A DNA stretch of 64,000 nucleotides from Candidatus Daviesbacteria bacterium (GTDB taxonomy: Bacteria > Patescibacteriota > Microgenomatia > Daviesbacterales > UBA10151), in contig JACPKM010000004.1 in NCBI GenBank assembly GCA_016187025.1, forward strand, positions 228,887 to 292,886, given 5' to 3'. The stretch's first letter is position 1; every line of letters begins with the position of its first letter. A program made the position numbers and the translations under genes. The notes beneath the pieces are model-generated. The model searched no databases, was not told the origin of the DNA, and was given only the letters and a program-made list of their open reading frames with translations. Below, one piece after another: positions 59,274-64,000 of this stretch.

Positions 59274-59624
59274 TTAGGATTTAGAGGTTTCTACTACGAC
59301 TTTTTCAAACTCTTCTGGATGGTTTATAGCCAAGTCAGCAAGGATTTTGCGGTCCAGGTTAATGTTTTTTGCCTTTAGTGAAGCTATAAAGCGTGAATAA
59401 CTTATGCCTTGAGCTCTAACTGCATTTCCAAGCTGGACTATCCATAGTTTTCTCATATCTCTTTTTCTCAATTTTCTACCTGCAAAAGCGTACTCTCCCG
59501 CATGTAGTACAGAAGATTTGGCCTCCCTGATAAGCTTACTGCGGCCACCTCTATAGCCCTTTGCTAAATTGAGTATCTTTTTATGTTTTCTGTGTGATGT
59601 TACACCACGTTTTATTCTTGCCAT
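59274..59624 (-). CDS. rplT: 50S ribosomal protein L20
   Basis: MARIKRGVTSHRKHKKILNLAKGYRGGRSKLIR canonical L20. Confidence 0.9.
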   Translation of the reverse strand: MARIKRGVTSHRKHKKILNLAKGYRGGRSKLIREAKSSVLHAGEYAFAGRKLRKRDMRKLWIVQLGNAVRAQGISYSRFIASLKAKNINLDRKILADLAINHPEEFEKVVVETSKS

Positions 59625-59625
59625 A

Positions 59626-59829
59626 TTATGCTCCCAGCAACTTTTTTATTGTTCTTGCCTCACCTTTAAATAAAGTCACAACTTTTTTGTGTCTTTCTAG
59701 TGCACCTTTGGTTTTATTTCTTTTTAAATGACCACTGCCTAGCTGATGCCGCCTGAGGATCTTACCTGTTGTGGTTACTTTAAACCTTTTCGTAAATGCT
59801 TTTTTAGTTTTTTGTTTTGAGTGAGACAT
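59626..59829 (-). CDS. rpmI: 50S ribosomal protein L35
   Basis: MSHSKQKTKKAFTKRFKVTTTGKILRRHQ canonical L35. Confidence 0.9.
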   Translation of the reverse strand: MSHSKQKTKKAFTKRFKVTTTGKILRRHQLGSGHLKRNKTKGALERHKKVVTLFKGEARTIKKLLGA

Positions 59830-59830
59830 A

Positions 59831-60451
59831 TCAAACCACCCTTTTTTCTATTGTTGTATTATTGTTGCCAACTTGTTTGTCATCTTCCTCTGTTTTGCTG
59901 TTTTCTTTATTTGCACCCTTGCCTTTGGTAATAATTAAAGCAAGTTTTCTTCCTTCCCATTTTGGTTCTCTTTCTACAGTTACCTTATCGCCCAATATTT
60001 GTATTACCTGTTGCAAAACCTCAAACCCCAACTGCGGGTAAGCCATCTCTCTACCTTTAAACTTGACTGTCAGCTTAACCTTGCGGTTATCATCTAAAAA
60101 TCTTTCTGCCTGATTTAGCCTTACCCTTAAATCATGATCTGCAATTCTTGGTGAGAGCCATAACTCTTTTAACCCACCCTCGCTTGATCCTTTTCTTGCC
60201 AGCCTTTCTTTTTTACTAAGTTCGTATTTGAACTTCTGAAAATCTACAATCCTTACTACAGGGGGATTAGCCTGCGGGGCAATTTCTATTAGATCTAACT
60301 CTAGCTCTTTAGCTTTGGCTAAGGCTTCTTCCTTAGACAAGATACCAATTTGCTTACCGCCAGGGTCAAGCACTCTAAACTGAGCTCCAGGTATATTTTG
60401 GTTTAATCTAAAAAATTTCCCTATTTTATTTCCTCCTGAAATTTTCACCAA
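59831..60451 (-). CDS. infC: Translation initiation factor IF-3 (with C-terminal acidic extension)
   Basis: INQNIPGAQFRVLDPGGKQIGILSKEEALAKAKELELDLIEIAPQANPPVVRIVDF IF3 N-domain. Exact start uncertain (IF3 often uses a non-ATG start). Confidence 0.85.
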   Translation of the reverse strand: MVKISGGNKIGKFFRLNQNIPGAQFRVLDPGGKQIGILSKEEALAKAKELELDLIEIAPQANPPVVRIVDFQKFKYELSKKERLARKGSSEGGLKELWLSPRIADHDLRVRLNQAERFLDDNRKVKLTVKFKGREMAYPQLGFEVLQQVIQILGDKVTVEREPKWEGRKLALIITKGKGANKENSKTEEDDKQVGNNNTTIEKRVV

Positions 60452-60475
60452 GTACAGTGTGAAATAGTAGCATAT

Positions 60476-62209
60476 TTATCTCTTAGATTCAATCTCCATT
60501 AGAAGCTGTTGTAGGAACTCTTCAGCTTTTAAGCCATTTTGATTTTCACCGTTTCTTTTTCTAACTGATATTAGATTATCCTTTTCTTCTCTTTCACCCA
60601 CTATGATCATGTAAGGAATTTTTTGCAGCTGGGCACTTCTAATTTTGTTTTGCATAGTTTCGCTTCTATTATCAACCTCAGTCCTTATTTTTGCATTACT
60701 TAATTGTTCGAGTAACTTTTGTGCATGATCTAAATTCTTATCTGAAATGGGGATAATTTGTACTTGAGTAGGAGCAAGCCAAGCTGGAAAAGCTCCAGCG
60801 TAGTGTTCTATTAATATTCCAATAAATCTTTCAAGTGAGCCGTAAATAACTCTGTGGATTGCCACAGGTGTTTTCTCCTGTCCTGCTGCATCCGTATATT
60901 TAAGCTTGAAGTTTCTGGGTTGTTGAAAGTCAAGCTGTAATGTGCCCATTTGCCACTGCCTACCAAGAGAATCCTTCATTAAAATGTCTATCTTAGGACC
61001 ATAAAATGCTCCGTCTCCTTCCAAGATTACATATTTTTTTCCGCTTTCCTCAAGAATTTCTTGTAATTCTTTCTCTGCTTTGTTCCAGGTTTGTACATCT
61101 CCCATAAACTTTTCCGGTCTAGTTCCTAGTCTGAAGGAATATTCAAGTCCAAATATAGAATAAAATTTTTCAACTATTTCAAAAAGCCTTTGGTATTCTT
61201 GTTTTATCTGATCTTCACTAACAAATATATGAGCATCATCTTGCCTAAACTCTCTAGCTCGCAGTAAGCCATTTAAAACACCAGATAATTCATAACGATG
61301 AAGCGGATCAGTGTCAGATAATCTTAAGGGTAGATCTTTGTAGGATCTGGTTTTGAATCCAAAGATCACCATAGCATTAGGGCAATTCATCGCCTTTATT
61401 CCGTATTCTTCGTTTTGTCCCATATTAGCAACAAACATATCCTGCCAATAATGATCAAAGTGGCCAGACGTTATATAAAGCTCCTTTTTATTTAAAATGG
61501 GCGATACAGTTTCATAATAACCCCGTTTTTGATGTTCTTCCCTCCAGAATTCAATAAGTTTGTTGTATAAAATGACCCCTTTTGGGAGCCAGTAGGCCAT
61601 ACCCGGGGAGGTTTCATGAAAGAAGAATAGCTCAAGCTGTGGTCCTAGTTTTTTATGATCCCTTTTTTTGGCTTCCTCAAGCATTTCCAAATATTTATCT
61701 AACTCATCTTTATTTGTAAAACAGGTTCCGTAAATTCTGGTTAGCATTTTGTTTTTCTCGGATCCTCTCCAGTAAGCACCAGCAATAGATAAGAGTTTAA
61801 TTGCGCCAATATCCTGACTTGGGTTTTTAGAGTGTCCGCCCCGGCAAAGGTCCTCAAAGTCTCCGGATTTATAAATCGTAACCTTTTCACCCTTTTGGGA
61901 TATTTCATCGATTAACTCAAGTTTATAAGGATTGCCTTTAAAAATTTCTTTTGCTTCTTTTTCAGAGACTTCTCTATGCTCAAAGCTTTCCCAAGTTGGG
62001 AGAAGTTCGGTCATCTTTTTTTCGATCCTAGGTAAATCTTCCTCTGTAATTTTTAAATCTTCAAAATCAAAATCATAATAGAAACCGTTTTCGATTGCAG
62101 GGCCAATTGTCCTTTTAGCATCTGGCCAAAGGTCCAGGACAGCAGCTGCCAATAGATGTGCACAGCTATGATTTAGGTTATTTAAATCATTTTTATCTGA
62201 ATTAACCAT
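60476..62209 (-). CDS. thrS: Threonyl-tRNA synthetase lacking the N-terminal TGS domain
   Basis: Editing-domain HSCAHLLAAAV, class II motifs, HRVIYGSLERFIGILIEHYAGAFPAWLAP anticodon-binding region. 577 aa. Confidence 0.9.
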   Translation of the reverse strand: MVNSDKNDLNNLNHSCAHLLAAAVLDLWPDAKRTIGPAIENGFYYDFDFEDLKITEEDLPRIEKKMTELLPTWESFEHREVSEKEAKEIFKGNPYKLELIDEISQKGEKVTIYKSGDFEDLCRGGHSKNPSQDIGAIKLLSIAGAYWRGSEKNKMLTRIYGTCFTNKDELDKYLEMLEEAKKRDHKKLGPQLELFFFHETSPGMAYWLPKGVILYNKLIEFWREEHQKRGYYETVSPILNKKELYITSGHFDHYWQDMFVANMGQNEEYGIKAMNCPNAMVIFGFKTRSYKDLPLRLSDTDPLHRYELSGVLNGLLRAREFRQDDAHIFVSEDQIKQEYQRLFEIVEKFYSIFGLEYSFRLGTRPEKFMGDVQTWNKAEKELQEILEESGKKYVILEGDGAFYGPKIDILMKDSLGRQWQMGTLQLDFQQPRNFKLKYTDAAGQEKTPVAIHRVIYGSLERFIGILIEHYAGAFPAWLAPTQVQIIPISDKNLDHAQKLLEQLSNAKIRTEVDNRSETMQNKIRSAQLQKIPYMIIVGEREEKDNLISVRKRNGENQNGLKAEEFLQQLLMEIESKR

Positions 62210-62310
62210 TTTTCTGATTATACATATTTTTAGGCAATAATCATATACATTTTTCCATTAAAAATTTCTCCTTTCGCAGGTTTAATTAAATTTTAAATGC
62301 AGTCAAGCTA

Positions 62311-62553
62311 CTATTTTTGCAGCTGGAGGGAATTCGATGGTTTTTCAGGTAAGTCCCGCAAAAAATCTCCAACAAATGGCAAAAAGTTAAAAGACCTTAA
62401 AATAGAAAAAAGAATTGCAACAACTACAGTTGCACCAATTACAGTACCAACTCCCCAGGCGATTCCACCTAGGAAATTCCCTACAATTATATACTTTTTT
62501 TTGATATGCGAATTCGCAGTTAGATGCTTATGTATTTCTTTTGAGGTATCCAT
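62311..62553 (-). CDS. Small membrane protein (hypothetical)
   Basis: 80 aa with hydrophobic core YIIVGNFLGGIAWGVGTVIGATVVVAILFSIL. Preferred over the overlapping + strand ORF 62297..62560, which lacks protein-like features. Confidence 0.35.
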   Translation of the reverse strand: MDTSKEIHKHLTANSHIKKKYIIVGNFLGGIAWGVGTVIGATVVVAILFSILRSFNFLPFVGDFLRDLPEKPSNSLQLQK

Positions 62554-62612
62554 AACTTAAATATACTGGATAAAGCAAAATGATTCAATCAAGATAGATC
62601 TTACAAGAATAA

Positions 62613-62689
62613 TGGTGGGCGGTACAGGGATCGAACCTGTGAACCTTCCGCACGTCAAGCGGACGCTCTACCAGCTGAGCTAACCGCCC
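62613..62689 (-). tRNA. tRNA-Val (anticodon GAC), CCA encoded
   Basis: Minus strand GGGCGGTTAGCTCAGCTGGTAGAGCGTCCGCTTGACGTGCGGAAGGTTCACAGGTTCGATCCCTGTACCGCCCACCA. Canonical D-arm, anticodon loop TTGACGT, T-loop TTCGATC. Variable loop appears 6 nt. Confidence 0.75.
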
Positions 62690-62765
62690 TTAGGTTAGCA
62701 ATTTTTTTGCAGAATTTTTCTGTCACGGTTAATTTTAAGTTATGTTAGGTTGATATTCAAGGAGA

Positions 62766-63461
62766 TTAACCAGCATTACCACCACTTGAGGACATTACAT
62801 GCCCACCTTCAAAAATTTTCCTTTGATCTTCGTCAAATCCTTTAGTAGGTTTAGGACTTAAAGCAGGGTTTCCCTCCATAGCTTCTGGAGCAGATGTTAT
62901 TACGAGATTCTCTTTTTCCATTGCTATGGCATAAGCTATGGATCCAATATTAAGAATGTGTTCTCTAGAAACTCCAGCATTACCAGCTTTTTGCATCAAT
63001 TTTTGCTCTATTCCGAATAAGCCTTGCGGATCAAAGCGTTCAGCCATTTTTACCGCTTCCTTCTTTGTTTTTTCCCCTGCTTGAATTCGATCAGCTTCTT
63101 GCCTCTGATAACTTTCCCTTTCATGCCTTGCGGTTTCCCTGGTGTTTAATTCTTCTTCTGTAAGTTTTCCTTCAGTAGGTTTAGTTCCCTCTTTTCCGCC
63201 AATTTGATTTACGAATAAATCTCCAATAGCAGAGCCTGCTTCTTTTAAGCCGCCTTCAATAGGTCTTAAGTTTGGTATTTGAAAGTTTGCAAGTACCCCG
63301 AGAATTTTTACAGTCGGTAGGAGGTTTTCAGTTGGTGCCGGATTGAGGGGGTTATATTCTTCAAACCCATCAGGGGCAAAAAATCCTATACCCCTTCTCC
63401 AAAGAGGTACATTACTTCCTGTTTTCTGCTCTTTTTGTGGTTGCGCCGTTAAAGACGACAT
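62766..63461 (-). CDS. Hypothetical protein (Glu/Lys-rich central region)
   Basis: 231-aa ORF. No motif recognised. Confidence 0.4.
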   Translation of the reverse strand: MSSLTAQPQKEQKTGSNVPLWRRGIGFFAPDGFEEYNPLNPAPTENLLPTVKILGVLANFQIPNLRPIEGGLKEAGSAIGDLFVNQIGGKEGTKPTEGKLTEEELNTRETARHERESYQRQEADRIQAGEKTKKEAVKMAERFDPQGLFGIEQKLMQKAGNAGVSREHILNIGSIAYAIAMEKENLVITSAPEAMEGNPALSPKPTKGFDEDQRKIFEGGHVMSSSGGNAG

Positions 63462-64000
63462 TGTTTTTGCCTCTTTATAAGTATCCCGAGAGGCCCGGGA
63501 TTAGAGGATATTCTACTACATTCAAAATGAAAGTCAAATTATATCTGGTAAAAATTACGTAAGAAGTTTTTAAATGCGAGGTATTCTGGTTCAAGAATGA
63601 ATCTACCGCAAGCTCACGCATGCGGTAGATTCTTGTTTCCCGCCTTCGGTGGGTACTTGCTACGCTCGTACAAACTTCATCTCCTTGCTCAACGCAAGGA
63701 GTATTGCGTTTGAACAATAAACTAAAAAGCAGTTTTTCCGCTGAGTAGATCTTTTATAACGTATTCATACGTTTGCGGAAGGGCAGAAGGTAAACCACCA
63801 TCACATTGTTCTCTCAAATAATGCTTTAATACCTGTATTGGCCCGCTATCAATTCCTTTATCTCTTGCCCAGAGTAATGACCGCCTTAGGTTCTAAAACG
63901 AAGTGCAGATGTACTTTTTGTCATTGGAATAGTTCATATATACATTAACAGATAATATTTATCATGCAAGTTTTGGAAAAAAGTGCTATATTTCAGATAA

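Noticed and set aside
62297-62560. Plus-strand 87-aa ORF overlapping the small membrane-protein ORF
   Set aside because: The minus-strand alternative encodes a convincing hydrophobic helix-hairpin. The + frame is low complexity.
63475-63717. 80-aa minus-strand ORF at window end
   Set aside because: Runs through a stack of perfect hairpins in a region better explained as structured noncoding DNA. No RBS or motif.

Overview
Low-GC, tightly packed bacterial segment (convergent genes overlap by 1-3 nt, TGA is a stop). Its gene content resembles a reduced, Patescibacteria/CPR-like genome (inference): archaeal-type TyrRS, no rimM between KH/S16 and trmD, truncated PheT/ThrRS, a large type IV pilus locus. 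Layout: (1) 2-14886 (+): a cysteine-rich secreted protein and a 1091-aa PA14-domain surface protein, followed by a type IV pilus operon: a pilin, prepilin peptidase PilD, ten further pilin/pseudopilin-like genes including two PilX-like genes (one 592 aa), then PilM/PilN/PilO. (2) 14890-19818 (-): trmD, KH protein, rpsP, rnc, a degenerate ACP-like gene, nusB, rpmF, recG. (3) 19819-20756: a rearrangement scar with a frameshifted DUF3800 remnant, a minus-strand intrinsic terminator and a duplicated recG 5' fragment. (4) 20757-34351 (-): the most unusual part, a ~13.6 kb co-directional block of lineage-specific genes. It holds a 2076-aa protein combining a GT-A-like glycosyltransferase domain, glycine-zipper hydrophobic segments, Pro/Ala-rich linkers and a C-terminal eukaryotic-like Ser/Thr kinase domain. 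A small acidic protein is translationally coupled upstream of it. Downstream lie a paralogous GT-A-like protein, an LCP (LytR-CpsA-Psr) protein with a twin-arginine signal, and proteins sharing a novel ~190-aa domain that occurs three times (N-terminal in two genes, C-terminal in one). (5) 34603-40581: HExxH membrane protein, archaeal-type tyrS, Nudix, hypotheticals, secreted alpha/beta hydrolase. (6) 40690-53505: the F1Fo ATP synthase operon atpBEFHAGD and atpC, split by a ~6.8 kb accessory insertion between atpD and atpC. The insertion carries three toxin-antitoxin pairs (HicAB, DUF4258/DUF2283, RHH/PIN) plus GC-richer hypotheticals. (7) tRNA-Tyr, PBP1A, the thrS-infC-rpmI-rplT-pheS-pheT operon (-), tRNA-Val (-), then a hairpin-rich noncoding region at the window end. 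No CRISPR array, rRNA or recognisable transposase was seen.
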